DNA from: Acidimicrobiia bacterium
Lineage (GTDB): Bacteria > Actinomycetota > Acidimicrobiia > Spongiisociales > ZC4RG35
DNA: 64,000 nt
Assembly (NCBI GenBank): GCA_965203555.1
Contig: CBDBCY010000004.1
Location: forward strand, 2,912,001 to 2,976,000
Direction: 5' to 3'
The translations under genes were made by a program, and so were the position numbers. This document shows positions 20,147-30,039 of the stretch, piece after piece; the stretch's first letter is position 1; each line of letters starts with the position of its first letter. The notes beneath the pieces are model-generated. The model was not told the origin of the DNA. It ran no database searches and saw only the letters and a program-made list of their open reading frames with translations.

Positions 20147-21484
20147 ATGGCCGACAGGACGTTGTTGGAGACTTGGGTTTCGGGCACCGAAGAGCCCGAC
20201 GCCATGCACACCGGCGAGGGCGCCCAGGAGATGGCCGCCCAAGAGAGCGGCTACCGGTTCCGCGAGCAACTGGGAGCGGTGGTGACCGACGATTACCTGT
20301 ACGAGGAGGAGGTCTCCGAAGATGAGCGGATGATCGTCAACATGGGACCCCAGCACCCATCTACCCACGGAGTGCTGCGCCTGCAACTGGAGTTGGAGGG
20401 GGAGATGATCCGCCGGTGCCGGCCGGTGATCGGGTATCTGCACACCGGGATGGAGAAGACTGCCGAGACCCTCACCTTCATGCAGGGCCCGACCAACGTC
20501 ACCCGCATGGACTACTTGGCGCCACTACACAATGAACTTGCCTACTCACTGGCCACCGAGCAACTGCTGGAAGTGGAGGTCCCGCCTCGGGCGGCCGCCA
20601 TCCGGGTGCTGATGACCGAACTGAACCGGGTGTCCTCGCACCTGGTGGCGCTGGCTACCAACGGGATGGACATCGGTGCGATCTCGATGATGATGTACGG
20701 GTTCCGGGAGCGGGAGTTGATCCTCGCGTTCTTCGAGAAGACCACCGGGCTTCGCATGAACCACAACTACATCCGTCCCGGAGGGGTGGCCGCCGACCTG
20801 CCGCCCGGTTGGCGCAAGGATGTAAAACAGATACTGAAGACCATCCCCAGGAGGCTGGGGGAGTACGACGATCTCTTGCGTGACAACCCCATCTGGCTGG
20901 CCCGCACCCAGGGAGTGGGGGTGATCAGCCCCGAAGAATGCCGGGCCTACAGCATCACCGGACCCATCCTGCGAGCGACCGGCGTGAACTGGGATCTACG
21001 AAAGGTCTTCCCCTATTCGGGCATCGAACAATACGAGTTCGACGTGCCGGTGGGAACCCACGGTGACGTTTACGACCGCTACCGGGTGCGCGTGAATGAG
21101 ATCGTCCAGTCGCTTCGCATCGTCGAGCAGGCGGCGGAGATGATGCCGTTCGGGGACTTCCGGGTGGACGATCGCAAGGTGACGCCTCCGCCACGGGCGC
21201 GCATCGACGAGTCGATGGAAGCCCTGATCCATCACTTCAAGATTTTTACCGAGGGCTTTCGGGCACCTCCGGGAGAAACTTATGCGGCCATCGAGTCGCC
21301 CCGGGGAGAGCTTGGCTGTTACCTCGTGTCCGACGGGGGCGGAAAGCCTTGGCGCTGTCACATTCGGGCGCCGTCCTTCTATAACCTTCAGGCTCTGCCG
21401 GTGATGCTGGCCGACTCGATGGTGGCCGACACCATCGCGACCATCGCCTCACTCGATCCCGTGATGGGAGACGTGGACCGCTAA
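20147..21484 (+). CDS. nuoD: NADH-quinone oxidoreductase subunit D
   Basis: NMGPQHPSTHGVLR, IGYLHTGMEK, RMDYL, ESPRGE, DPVMGDVDR; no Ni-binding CxxC. Confidence 0.96.
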   Translation: MADRTLLETWVSGTEEPDAMHTGEGAQEMAAQESGYRFREQLGAVVTDDYLYEEEVSEDERMIVNMGPQHPSTHGVLRLQLELEGEMIRRCRPVIGYLHTGMEKTAETLTFMQGPTNVTRMDYLAPLHNELAYSLATEQLLEVEVPPRAAAIRVLMTELNRVSSHLVALATNGMDIGAISMMMYGFRERELILAFFEKTTGLRMNHNYIRPGGVAADLPPGWRKDVKQILKTIPRRLGEYDDLLRDNPIWLARTQGVGVISPEECRAYSITGPILRATGVNWDLRKVFPYSGIEQYEFDVPVGTHGDVYDRYRVRVNEIVQSLRIVEQAAEMMPFGDFRVDDRKVTPPPRARIDESMEALIHHFKIFTEGFRAPPGETYAAIESPRGELGCYLVSDGGGKPWRCHIRAPSFYNLQALPVMLADSMVADTIATIASLDPVMGDVDR

Positions 21485-21487
21485 CCC

Positions 21488-22336
21488 ATGGAACGGCGAC
21501 GAATCCGGCTGGAGGGATCGGCCGTTTCCGTCAACGTGGATGGTCAACAGTTGGTAGCCGACGACGGGCGGCGTGTGGCCGAGTCGGAAGCTGTCTACCT
21601 TCCGCCGGTCATCCCGCAGAAGATCATCTGCATCCATCTCAACTACCTGAGCCGGGTGGCGGAATATCAGATCAGGATGCCTTCAACACCCACCTACTTC
21701 CACAAACCGGTGAGTTCGCTCAACGTCCACCGCGGAGAGGTAATCCGTCCGAAGGGTTGCCGGTTTCTCAACTACGAGGGAGAGGTCGCCATCGTGATCG
21801 GACGCAAATGCAGAAACGTCACCCGTGAGGAGGCGGCCGAATACATCGGCGGGTACGCGATAGCCAACGACTTCGGCATCCACGACTTTCGTGACACGGA
21901 CGCCGGTTCCATGCTGAGGGTGAAAGGATCCGACAGCCTCTGCCCCGTCGGGCCGGGGGTGGTCTCCGACTGGGATCCGGTCGGCAGGTCCATTCGTACC
22001 TACGTGAACGGCGAACTGCGCCAGGAGGGAAATACCGGCGAGATGATCTGGGACTTCTCCTACCTCGTTGCCGACCTGGCTCGCACCATCACGCTCCTCC
22101 CCGGCGACCTTATCCTCAGCGGCACGCCGGCCAACTCTCGTCCGGTGCAACCCGGCGATGTGGTGACCGTGGAAGTTGATGGTCTGGGAGCACTGATCAA
22201 CACCGTAGCCGAAAGTGGCGCGGTCGACCCCACTGTAGGAGCGCAACCCACCCGTTCGGAGGAAGTAGTGTCCACCGCGCTGGGAGGGGATTGGGAGCTT
22301 CGAGGCATCCGACCACCTGCCCGAAGGGGTTCATAA
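21488..22336 (+). CDS. Fumarylacetoacetate hydrolase family protein (HpaG-like)
   Basis: KIICIHLNY, FHKP, NYEGEVA, AND, KGSD, PGDLILSGTP. Confidence 0.9.
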   Translation: MERRRIRLEGSAVSVNVDGQQLVADDGRRVAESEAVYLPPVIPQKIICIHLNYLSRVAEYQIRMPSTPTYFHKPVSSLNVHRGEVIRPKGCRFLNYEGEVAIVIGRKCRNVTREEAAEYIGGYAIANDFGIHDFRDTDAGSMLRVKGSDSLCPVGPGVVSDWDPVGRSIRTYVNGELRQEGNTGEMIWDFSYLVADLARTITLLPGDLILSGTPANSRPVQPGDVVTVEVDGLGALINTVAESGAVDPTVGAQPTRSEEVVSTALGGDWELRGIRPPARRGS

Positions 22337-22377
22337 CCACCGTCCAGTCGGATTTGTGTCAGGCGGCGCCGTGCGTT

Positions 22378-23145
22378 TCATCCCTGGACAGAGAAACCCC
22401 CGTCGATGCGGATCTCGGCGCCGGTGGTGAAAGAGGATGCGTCGGAGGCGAGATAGGCGGCGATGCCTTCAAACTCCTCGATGGTTCCCCATCTGGCCAT
22501 GGGGACCCGGTGTCTTATGTACTGGGTGAAGTCGTCGCGTTGCTGTTCGGGTCCGGTCATCTCGGTGGCGATCCATCCCGGGCTGACCGCGTTGACCCGT
22601 ATGCGGTGGGGCGCCAGGGCAACTGCCAGGGTCTTCACCAATCCCAGTTGGGCGGCTTTGCTGGCGGCGTAGTGGGGGAGGCGTGGGACCCCGAAGCTGG
22701 CGGCGACCGACGAGGTAACCACGATGGACCCTCCGTCACCCTGTTCGATCATAACCTCAGTGGCGGAGCGGACCGGCAGCATGGTACCGGCCGCGTTGAC
22801 CTTCATCGTTATGTTCCATTCTCGCAGCGACAGGTCGGGAAAGAGGGCGCCCCGTCCGATGCCGGCGTTGGCGAAAATCGAGTCGATCCGTCCGAACCGA
22901 TGCAGGGTCGCTTGCGTGGCCGCCTCGACCCGTTCCTCGGAGGTGACGTCGCAGTCCACCCCGAGAGCCTGGGCGCCCAGGCCCTGTAACTCCTCGACGG
23001 CTGCGAGGTTGTATTCGGTGCTTCGTCCCCACACGGCAACCGCCGCTCCCGCCTTGGCCACCCCCCGGGCCATGCCCAGCCCTATGCCCCGGTTGCCCCC
23101 GGTGACCACCGCCACCCGTCCGGTCAGGTCGAACAATTCCACCAC
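22378..23145 (-). CDS. Short-chain dehydrogenase/reductase
   Basis: TGGNRGIG, ANAG, YAASK, IRVNAVSPG, DGG. Start trimmed to the GTG before LFDLTGR. Confidence 0.92.
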   Translation of the reverse strand: MVELFDLTGRVAVVTGGNRGIGLGMARGVAKAGAAVAVWGRSTEYNLAAVEELQGLGAQALGVDCDVTSEERVEAATQATLHRFGRIDSIFANAGIGRGALFPDLSLREWNITMKVNAAGTMLPVRSATEVMIEQGDGGSIVVTSSVAASFGVPRLPHYAASKAAQLGLVKTLAVALAPHRIRVNAVSPGWIATEMTGPEQQRDDFTQYIRHRVPMARWGTIEEFEGIAAYLASDASSFTTGAEIRIDGGFSVQG

Positions 23146-23186
23146 AAAGAGGCTACCAGGAGCTTTGATTGCATCAGGGAGGCGCC

Positions 23187-23507
23187 ATGAGTGAACAGAC
23201 GGAAGTGTTGGTGATAGACGCCGGGAGAGAACAGTGGGAATAACACGGGAGACGGGCGTGGCGGCAATCGAGTTGCAGGAACCCGGCCACGAGGCCCCGG
23301 GCGACCCCAGGAACCAGTTTCCACGGCGTGCGCCTGGAGATTGAGAAGGTGTGCACCGAGATGGCCGAGTTGGAGACCGGGCCGGGTGACGAGATGCGGG
23401 AGTTGAGAGGAGGCTGTCTGATCGGATCGCAGGAGTCAAACGGACCCTACGGCGTCGCGCTGGTGATCAGGATGTCCGTCATGGGGGCGATGATTGCCTG
23501 GATATGA
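23187..23507 (+). pseudogene. Degraded coiled-coil protein with C-terminal hydrophobic helix
   Basis: GGGAGG RBS plus ATG, early stop, then fragments in shifting frames: VRLEIEKVCTEMAELET, ERRLSDRIAGV, GVALVIRMSVMGAMIAWI*. Confidence 0.3.
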
Positions 23508-23640
23508 GGGGTCGGAAAAAATGCCCACTTTCCAGGGCCGGGAAGGCTGGTTGCTAGTAGCGTGAAGGGGGCAAAGGCGGCTTGCGACCCGCCTATTCGG
23601 TTTGTGAGTTGCGTCTTTGGTTTTTCTAGATGAGGAGCAG

Positions 23641-24651
23641 ATGAAAATGATGGGTAAGAAGCGTTCTGTAGTAAAGGCGACGGTCTTTCTAGCCGCCCTG
23701 GCGTTGGTGGCGGCTGCTTGTGGCTCTGATGATCCGGAGTCCACCTCTCTCAAGGTAGGTTTTTCCGGTCAGCCTGACTTCACGCAGATCATGAACTTCA
23801 CGTGGATCGATGATCTGAACGACGAGCATGGCATTGCCGCCGAGGCGGTGATCTTCGAAGGGACCTCACCGCCTTTCCGCGCGCTGGTTTCCGGTGATGT
23901 GGACATGGTTGTCGGGCAGGTCCCGCCGGGCATCAAGCTCCGGGCGGAGACCGGCGCCGACGTGGTGATGATCGCCGGTGACGTCCGCCAGTCGGACTAC
24001 ATCCTGGTGTCCTCACCGGATGTGACCACACTTGAGCAGCTGTACGGTCGCCAGATCGGCACCGCCGGTCCGGGGGCGGTGAGCACGTCACTGTCGGTGG
24101 CCGCTCTCACCCGAGAAGGCATCAACATCGACGACCTGGAATTCGTCGAGGTGGGAGGCACTTCCGCTCGGATGGCCGCGCTGGTGTCGGGGCAGACCGC
24201 AGCCGGCGCTGCGCACTTCGCCGAAGGCTTCAACGCGGTGGAGGAGGGCTTGCATCCTCTGTATGTGATCGCCGACGCGGTGGGTCCCTATCTCTTCCAC
24301 GGGGTGTGGGTCGACCGGGCGTGGCTGGACGAGAATCCCAATCTTGCGCAGCTGGCGATGGACGAGTTCATCGACTCGGTGCGCTGGGCCGCCAACAACA
24401 AGGCGGAATACATTGCGGCGGCCGCCGATGTCACCGAAGGACTGTCGGAGGCGGCCAAGGACCGGGCCTATGACGAGTTCATCCGCATCGGTCTGTTCGC
24501 CGTGAACGGCGGGCTGCAGCCCGAGTTGCTGCAGGCCACCATCGCTATCGAGCAGGAAGTCGACAACCTTCCCGCCCAGGTCGAAGATCCGGCCAACTGG
24601 GTGGTCACCGACTTGGTGGACGACTACCTGGAGCGCAACGGCACGCAATAA
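23641..24651 (+). CDS. ABC transporter substrate-binding lipoprotein (NitT/TauT/SsuA family)
   Basis: Lipobox LVAAAC, ALVSGDVD, LYGRQIG, RMAALVSG. Confidence 0.88.
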   Translation: MKMMGKKRSVVKATVFLAALALVAAACGSDDPESTSLKVGFSGQPDFTQIMNFTWIDDLNDEHGIAAEAVIFEGTSPPFRALVSGDVDMVVGQVPPGIKLRAETGADVVMIAGDVRQSDYILVSSPDVTTLEQLYGRQIGTAGPGAVSTSLSVAALTREGINIDDLEFVEVGGTSARMAALVSGQTAAGAAHFAEGFNAVEEGLHPLYVIADAVGPYLFHGVWVDRAWLDENPNLAQLAMDEFIDSVRWAANNKAEYIAAAADVTEGLSEAAKDRAYDEFIRIGLFAVNGGLQPELLQATIAIEQEVDNLPAQVEDPANWVVTDLVDDYLERNGTQ

Positions 24652-24717
24652 ACCACAAGCGGGAACTTTCCTCCCGGTTCGGCATCCCCGCCGGGAGGAG
24701 GGGCCTGCCCTGATGTG

Positions 24718-24770
24718 CGGGGAGGTGTCCCCGTCGCAAGTGGGCGGCGGTGGCGGAGGACACCTCCCCG
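24718..24770 (+). promoter_or_regulatory. Perfect 13-bp inverted repeat between SBP and ferredoxin genes
   Basis: CGGGGAGGTGTCC (24718-24730) and GGACACCTCCCCG (24758-24770). Confidence 0.55.
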
Positions 24771-24796
24771 GGTGGGGAACCTAGAAAGGAACTTGC

Positions 24797-25012
24797 ATGG
24801 CTGAGGGTGACCGGATTGAACTCGACTACGACTTTTGCTATCAGAGTGGCGAATGCGTGCTGTTCGCGCCTGACGTGTACCGGTTTGGCGACGACGGGTT
24901 TCCTGAGTTGGTGGAGGGGGGAGTGGCCAAGACGCCCACGTCCGTTCTCGCCGGGACAGTAGAGAACTGCCCCTCCGGGGCGATAACTTTGCTTTCGAAG
25001 GATGGTGTCTGA
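24797..25012 (+). CDS. Ferredoxin (P450 partner type, likely 3Fe-4S)
   Basis: CYQSGECVLFAPDVY...CPSGAI; TGATG-coupled to the P450. Confidence 0.9.
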   Translation: MAEGDRIELDYDFCYQSGECVLFAPDVYRFGDDGFPELVEGGVAKTPTSVLAGTVENCPSGAITLLSKDGV

Positions 25013-26244
25013 TGGAAGGACCTCCAGGTTTTGACAGCATCACTTTGAGGGGCTACGCCGCCGTTCGGGGGGCGCTCACCAACAACGACCTGTCGCGAAG
25101 TCTCGACCGCGAGCGCTTCGAGAAGGGAAACCTCAAGGAGGGCACACTGTCGGTACTGCACGGCGCCGAGCATCGGGAACGGCGGCGCATGGAAAACAGG
25201 CTTTTCCGCCGGGACATGTTCGAGTTGTACGAAAACGAACTGTTTCCCGACATCGTGGCTCACACGCTGGACAGTTATGTCGACCCGGTCGAGTCCGACC
25301 TGATGGAGATCGGGGGACTGGTCTCGGTGGTGCTGGCCTGCCGCACCGCCGGGATCGACTTCGACTGGAATTCCCTGCCGGACCGCCAGCGTCTCCGGTA
25401 CTTCCTGCACGAGTTCGCCCTGGGGGGCGCTATCGACTCGGCCAAGGGGGATCCGGAGGTGATCAAGGCCCGGATGCGAGAGGTGTTCGGGGAATTCCGC
25501 TCGGAGTTCCTCACCGATTCCAGGGAGAGTCGCTCCTTCACGGTGAAGCGGCGCACGGCCGGGGAACGGGTGGAACTTCTGTACGACATTCTGACCACCC
25601 TGCTGGTCAACCAGCCCACCTCGGGGATGAGCACCGACCTGATCGAGCGGGAGTCCACCCTGTTCTTCTCGGCCGGCGCCCACACCAGCACCCAGACCCT
25701 GACCAACACCGCCCACCATCTCTTCGAATGGTGCCGGGAGAACCCCGAGGACCGGGAGCGGGTGGTGAGTGACCCGGCCTTTGCCCAGCGAAGCGTCCAC
25801 GAGGCGCTGCGGGTGCGTCCCACCAACCCGGGCATCCTGCGCCGGGCGCTGGTCGACACCGAAGTGGCGGGACGGACGGTTGGCAAGGGAGTGGTGTGCG
25901 TGTTGGACACCATTTCGGCCAACACCGACCCGGAGGTCTATGGTCACGACGCCCATCTCTTCAATCCCAACCGGGAGGTTCCCGACGGCATCCCGCCGTA
26001 CGGGATGAGCTTCGGGGCGGGGATGCACTTTTGCATCGGGCGCACCCTGGCGGTGGGACTGCCCCAGCGCCGTGGAGTGGCCCCTCCGGCCAACCATCTC
26101 TACGGGATGGTTCCCATCGCCTTGCAGGCCGTGTTCAGGCGGGGAGTGGGACCGCATCCGCAAAAGCCCGGTGTGCCCGACACGAAGACCCGCCGCTGGA
26201 CGCGGTGGCTCAGCTATCCGGTGGTGTTCGACGGCGCCGCGTGA
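25012..26244 (+). CDS. Cytochrome P450
   Basis: Heme motif FGAGMHFCIG, K-helix EALR, I-helix AGAHTS, FNPNR meander. Confidence 0.93.
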   Translation: MEGPPGFDSITLRGYAAVRGALTNNDLSRSLDRERFEKGNLKEGTLSVLHGAEHRERRRMENRLFRRDMFELYENELFPDIVAHTLDSYVDPVESDLMEIGGLVSVVLACRTAGIDFDWNSLPDRQRLRYFLHEFALGGAIDSAKGDPEVIKARMREVFGEFRSEFLTDSRESRSFTVKRRTAGERVELLYDILTTLLVNQPTSGMSTDLIERESTLFFSAGAHTSTQTLTNTAHHLFEWCRENPEDRERVVSDPAFAQRSVHEALRVRPTNPGILRRALVDTEVAGRTVGKGVVCVLDTISANTDPEVYGHDAHLFNPNREVPDGIPPYGMSFGAGMHFCIGRTLAVGLPQRRGVAPPANHLYGMVPIALQAVFRRGVGPHPQKPGVPDTKTRRWTRWLSYPVVFDGAA

Positions 26245-26307
26245 GGTGGCCGAAGGGTTCCGCCTAAGTAGAGTTCCGGTTGGTCCTTACCCCGAATTGA
26301 GGTTGCA

Positions 26308-27066
26308 GTGTTAAGAGTTGATTCGGTTTTCAAGCGTTTCTCGCCCGAAGGCCCACTGGTGTTGGACGATCTCAATCTCAATGTGGGCCAGGGTGAGTTC
26401 GTGTCGCTGCTGGGACCCAGCGGTTGCGGGAAGACCACCCTGCTCAAGATCGTTGCCGGTCTGCTGCCGCCCACCGCCGGGAAGGTATTTCTGGAGGGGA
26501 AGGAAAGCTCCGAACCCTCCCGTGAAAAAGCCATGGTGTTCCAACACTTCAATCTGCTTCCCTGGCGCACGTCAATTAACAACGTGGCCTACGGCCTGGA
26601 GGTGCAGGGGGTACCCAAGGCCGAGCGGTTGGAGAAGGCGGCCCGCTTTCTGAAATTGTTGGACCTGGAGGGGTACGAGAACCACTATCCCTCGCAGATC
26701 TCGGGGGGGATGAAACAGCGGGTGGGACTGGCCCGGGCGCTGGCCACCGAGCCGCGGCTGATGCTGATGGACGAGCCGTTCGGCGCCCTGGACGCCCTGA
26801 CCCGCGAATACCTGCAGGACGAGTTGGCCCGGATCGCCGCCTCCCAGAACCTGACCGTGCTGTTCGTAACCCACTCCATCGACGAGGCGATCTACCTGTC
26901 CGATCGGATCGTGGTGATGGGTAACAACCCGGGACGGATCCTGGTGGAGTACCCGGTGCCGTTCGAGCGTCCCCGGACCACCACCGTGGTGAGGGCCGAC
27001 GCCCGGTTCGCCGAACTCCGTAACAAGGTGTGGGTGCTGCTGGAAGAGGAGAAGAGCAGGCGATGA
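26308..27066 (+). CDS. ABC transporter ATP-binding protein (NitT/TauT family)
   Basis: GPSGCGKT, ISGGMKQR, LMDEPFGALD, FVTHSIDEA. Confidence 0.95.
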   Translation: MLRVDSVFKRFSPEGPLVLDDLNLNVGQGEFVSLLGPSGCGKTTLLKIVAGLLPPTAGKVFLEGKESSEPSREKAMVFQHFNLLPWRTSINNVAYGLEVQGVPKAERLEKAARFLKLLDLEGYENHYPSQISGGMKQRVGLARALATEPRLMLMDEPFGALDALTREYLQDELARIAASQNLTVLFVTHSIDEAIYLSDRIVVMGNNPGRILVEYPVPFERPRTTTVVRADARFAELRNKVWVLLEEEKSRR

Positions 27067-27830
27067 CCACCCTTGGGGCCGGAAGCGGATTACTCGCCCG
27101 GGTTCCCCCCCGGCTGGTGAGAGTCGCCTCGGTGGTGGTGGTCATTCTTTCCTGGGAGATCGCCGGGAGGGCGGCCCCCCGGTGGGCGTCCTATCCGACC
27201 GAAGTCGGCGCCGCGTTCCTGGACAACCTCGACCGGATAATCGACGCCTTCGTAGAGACGTTCAAGGCAGTGGGAGTGGGCTATGCCATTTCGGTGGCGG
27301 GGGGCGTTCTCATCGGGTTCGGGATGGCCCGCATACGGGTGGTGAAGGTCGCCCTGGATCCCTATGTGGCGGTCCTCTACTCCACGCCCCGCATCACCCT
27401 CATCCCCCTGGCGATCCTCCTGATCGGGATCGGGTTCAATCTGCGGGTGCTGATGAGCGTCTTGGCTTCGATCTTTCCGATGATCATCAACACCTACGCG
27501 GCGGTCGACTCGGTCTCCAGTGAACTGGAGGAGACGGCCCGCTCGTTCACCGCCGGGAGGTGGGACATCACCCGCACCGTGTTGATCCCCGGCGCCATCC
27601 CCGGCATTTTCGTGGGGATGAGAGTGGGCATCATCCGGGCGTTGGTGGGCGTGATAGTGGCCGAGATGACCGCTGGTGCGGCGGGAGTGGGGGCGTTGCT
27701 GCTGGTGTTCGGCCGGTTCTTCCAATCCGAGAAACTGTTCGGCCCGGTGTTGCTGCTGGGCTTGATGAGCATCCTGATGACCCGGGGCCTGTCTCTATTG
27801 GAGAGGAAGTTGGCGCCATGGCAAGACTGA
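27063..27830 (+). CDS. ABC transporter permease (NitT/TauT family)
   Basis: TPRITLIPL, EAA-like ETARSFTA, GVIVAEM. Confidence 0.92.
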   Translation: MTTLGAGSGLLARVPPRLVRVASVVVVILSWEIAGRAAPRWASYPTEVGAAFLDNLDRIIDAFVETFKAVGVGYAISVAGGVLIGFGMARIRVVKVALDPYVAVLYSTPRITLIPLAILLIGIGFNLRVLMSVLASIFPMIINTYAAVDSVSSELEETARSFTAGRWDITRTVLIPGAIPGIFVGMRVGIIRALVGVIVAEMTAGAAGVGALLLVFGRFFQSEKLFGPVLLLGLMSILMTRGLSLLERKLAPWQD

Positions 27831-28600
27831 AACCCGAGAGCCGACGGTCGATCTTCGACTGGACGGTGCGAATCGGTTTCGCCGTCCTGTTGCTCGTGGC
27901 ATGGGAACTCTCCACCCGGGCGCAAAGCCGTGCCCTGGCCGCCCCTCCCTCGGAGATTCTCATCGCCTTCTGGAACCTGACCTTCAATGAGGGGGTGATT
28001 TTTTCGGAGACCCTGGTGACCGCCCGGGCCTTCTTCATGGGGTACGGGGCGGCGATCGCCATCGGTCTGCTGGTGGGGATGCTGATGGGACGCTCGCGGC
28101 TGGCCGAGTACGTGCTGGAACCTTACGTCACCCTGATGTACGCGCTCCCCTCGATCGCCCTGATACCGGTGCTGGTGATCTGGTTCGGGATCAACGACCG
28201 GATCAGGGTGGTGCTGGTAATCCTGGCGTCGGTGTTCCCGATCATCTACAACACCGCCACCGGCGTGAAAAACGTCGACGAGGAGTTGGTGGAGGTAGGA
28301 AAGTCCTTCTGCGCCACCCGGCGCAAGATCGCCACCTCCATCGTGCTTCCCGCCGCCCTGCCGCTGATCTTCGCCGGGCTTCGCATCGGGCTGTCGCATG
28401 CCCTGGTGGGAGTGATCGGCGCCGAGATCATCGTGGTAATCACCGGCCTGGGGGGCCTGGTGATCCGGTACGCCGACAACTTCCAGATGGCCAACATGTT
28501 CGTCCCGATCATCTTCATCGCCGTTCTGGCGGTATTGATCACGGCGGGAATGAACCGCTTCCAGACCGTGTTCCGGCGTTGGGAAGTCCAGGACGAGTGA
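27818..28600 (+). CDS. ABC transporter permease (NitT/TauT family), second
   Basis: LPSIALIPVLVIWFG, EVGKSFCA, GVIGAEI. Confidence 0.92.
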   Translation: MARLKPESRRSIFDWTVRIGFAVLLLVAWELSTRAQSRALAAPPSEILIAFWNLTFNEGVIFSETLVTARAFFMGYGAAIAIGLLVGMLMGRSRLAEYVLEPYVTLMYALPSIALIPVLVIWFGINDRIRVVLVILASVFPIIYNTATGVKNVDEELVEVGKSFCATRRKIATSIVLPAALPLIFAGLRIGLSHALVGVIGAEIIVVITGLGGLVIRYADNFQMANMFVPIIFIAVLAVLITAGMNRFQTVFRRWEVQDE

Positions 28601-29607
28601 AGCGTTACGACGCGCTGCGCCGGACCGAGAGGGGAATGACATTCGGGGTGATGCTTCCCCATTTCGGGAGGGAGGCGTCGCGTGATCGCCTGCTTTCCGG
28701 GGCGGAGTTGGCCGAGCGGTTGGGCTACGACGCGCTGTGGGTCAGGGATCATCTGATCTGGACGCCCCATAGCCACGAAGGCGCCGACCTGACCTTCCTG
28801 GACGCGACTTTGACCCTGGCGGCGATGGCGGGGGTGACCGAAGAGATCAAGCTGGGGACGGCGGTACTGATCCCCGTGCGCTGGCCGCTCAAGAGCGCCA
28901 AAGAGTTGATGTCGCTTGACTTCCTGGCCGGGCGGGGGCGGGTGGTGGCCGGGATCGGCGCCGGCCACTTCGGAGCGGAGATCCGGGCGGTGGGGCTCGA
29001 TCCCGATCGCAAGAAGGAAATAGTGGAGGAAACCATACGCATCTGGCGGCGGGCCTTCACCGAGGAGCAGGTGGATTTCTCAGGCGAGATGTTTGAAGTG
29101 GAAGGGGCGGTGATGCGTCCTCGACCCGCCGGTGGGCTGCCCATCTGGTATGGGGGCACCACCCGCGCCGCGGTGCGGAGGGCGGCGCGGTGGTGCGACG
29201 GGTGGCTGCCGGGGGGAACGCCGTTCCCCACCTTCGACAACCGGGTGGAGTTTCTGCGGTCGCTGGAGGCGGAAGCGGGACGTCCGCCCACCGTGGTGGG
29301 TGTCATACCCCGGTTGCGGATCGCCCGCACCAAGGCCGAGGCGTACGCCGGATTGGATATCTCGGCGCTCACCACCTCGTCGGAGGGGAGCAGGTACTGG
29401 ATCCACCCGCCCGGCGGCTACCGGGACTTCGACGACCTGCGGGGCATCCTGGTGGCCGGCGACGTCCCGGAGATAGTGGAGCGGGTGGGGGACTTCGACC
29501 AACGGGGGGTGGATCACTTCCTGGTGGACCTGCGCTCGGACTTCCATCGCTTCGAGGAACTGCTGGAATTGTTCGCCGCCGAGGTGATTCCCCAGTTCCG
29601 CTGCTGA
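28597..29607 (+). CDS. LLM-class flavin/F420-dependent oxidoreductase
   Basis: FGVMLPHF, AERLGYDALWVRDH, IKLGTAVL, PIWYGG, CDGWLP. Confidence 0.9.
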   Translation: MKRYDALRRTERGMTFGVMLPHFGREASRDRLLSGAELAERLGYDALWVRDHLIWTPHSHEGADLTFLDATLTLAAMAGVTEEIKLGTAVLIPVRWPLKSAKELMSLDFLAGRGRVVAGIGAGHFGAEIRAVGLDPDRKKEIVEETIRIWRRAFTEEQVDFSGEMFEVEGAVMRPRPAGGLPIWYGGTTRAAVRRAARWCDGWLPGGTPFPTFDNRVEFLRSLEAEAGRPPTVVGVIPRLRIARTKAEAYAGLDISALTTSSEGSRYWIHPPGGYRDFDDLRGILVAGDVPEIVERVGDFDQRGVDHFLVDLRSDFHRFEELLELFAAEVIPQFRC

Positions 29608-29655
29608 GCGAGGTCCCGCCTCTGCAGACGATGCTTTCCCGGGCTCGGGCCGGGT

Positions 29656-30039
29656 TATGAAAGCTCGACGGCGGAACCCGGGAAGGGCGGCGAATCCGCT
29701 TCGCTCATGGAACCTCTCGGCCAGGGCGACTATTGCCTCGACTTCTCCCCTACATGTGCCAAGCGATAGCCATTGTTGAACAAGAACTCCACGGGACGAG
29801 GAATCCGGTGCGTTTGTTGCCGTCCACGAAGGGATGGTTTCTCGCGATGCCTGTCGTGTATGAGGCGGCCAGTTCCACAATGTTCGGGCGGTCGCCACAA
29901 GCGAATAGCTGGCGAGGTCTAGCCAGGGCGGATTCCAACAGGCGGTGATCCCTGGTTCCTGCTGGACCTCCATGTTCCTCGATCGCGCGTCATGTAAGGC
30001 AAGCACCGCTGAATGCGGCACCCAGATTGGCTCTCTCAC
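29656..30039 (-). pseudogene. Doc (Fic-fold) toxin, multiply frameshifted
   Basis: Fragments in different frames: REPIWVPHSAVLALHD, EEHGGPAGTRDHRLLESALARP...HPFVDGNKRTG, EFLFNNGYRL. Confidence 0.85.
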
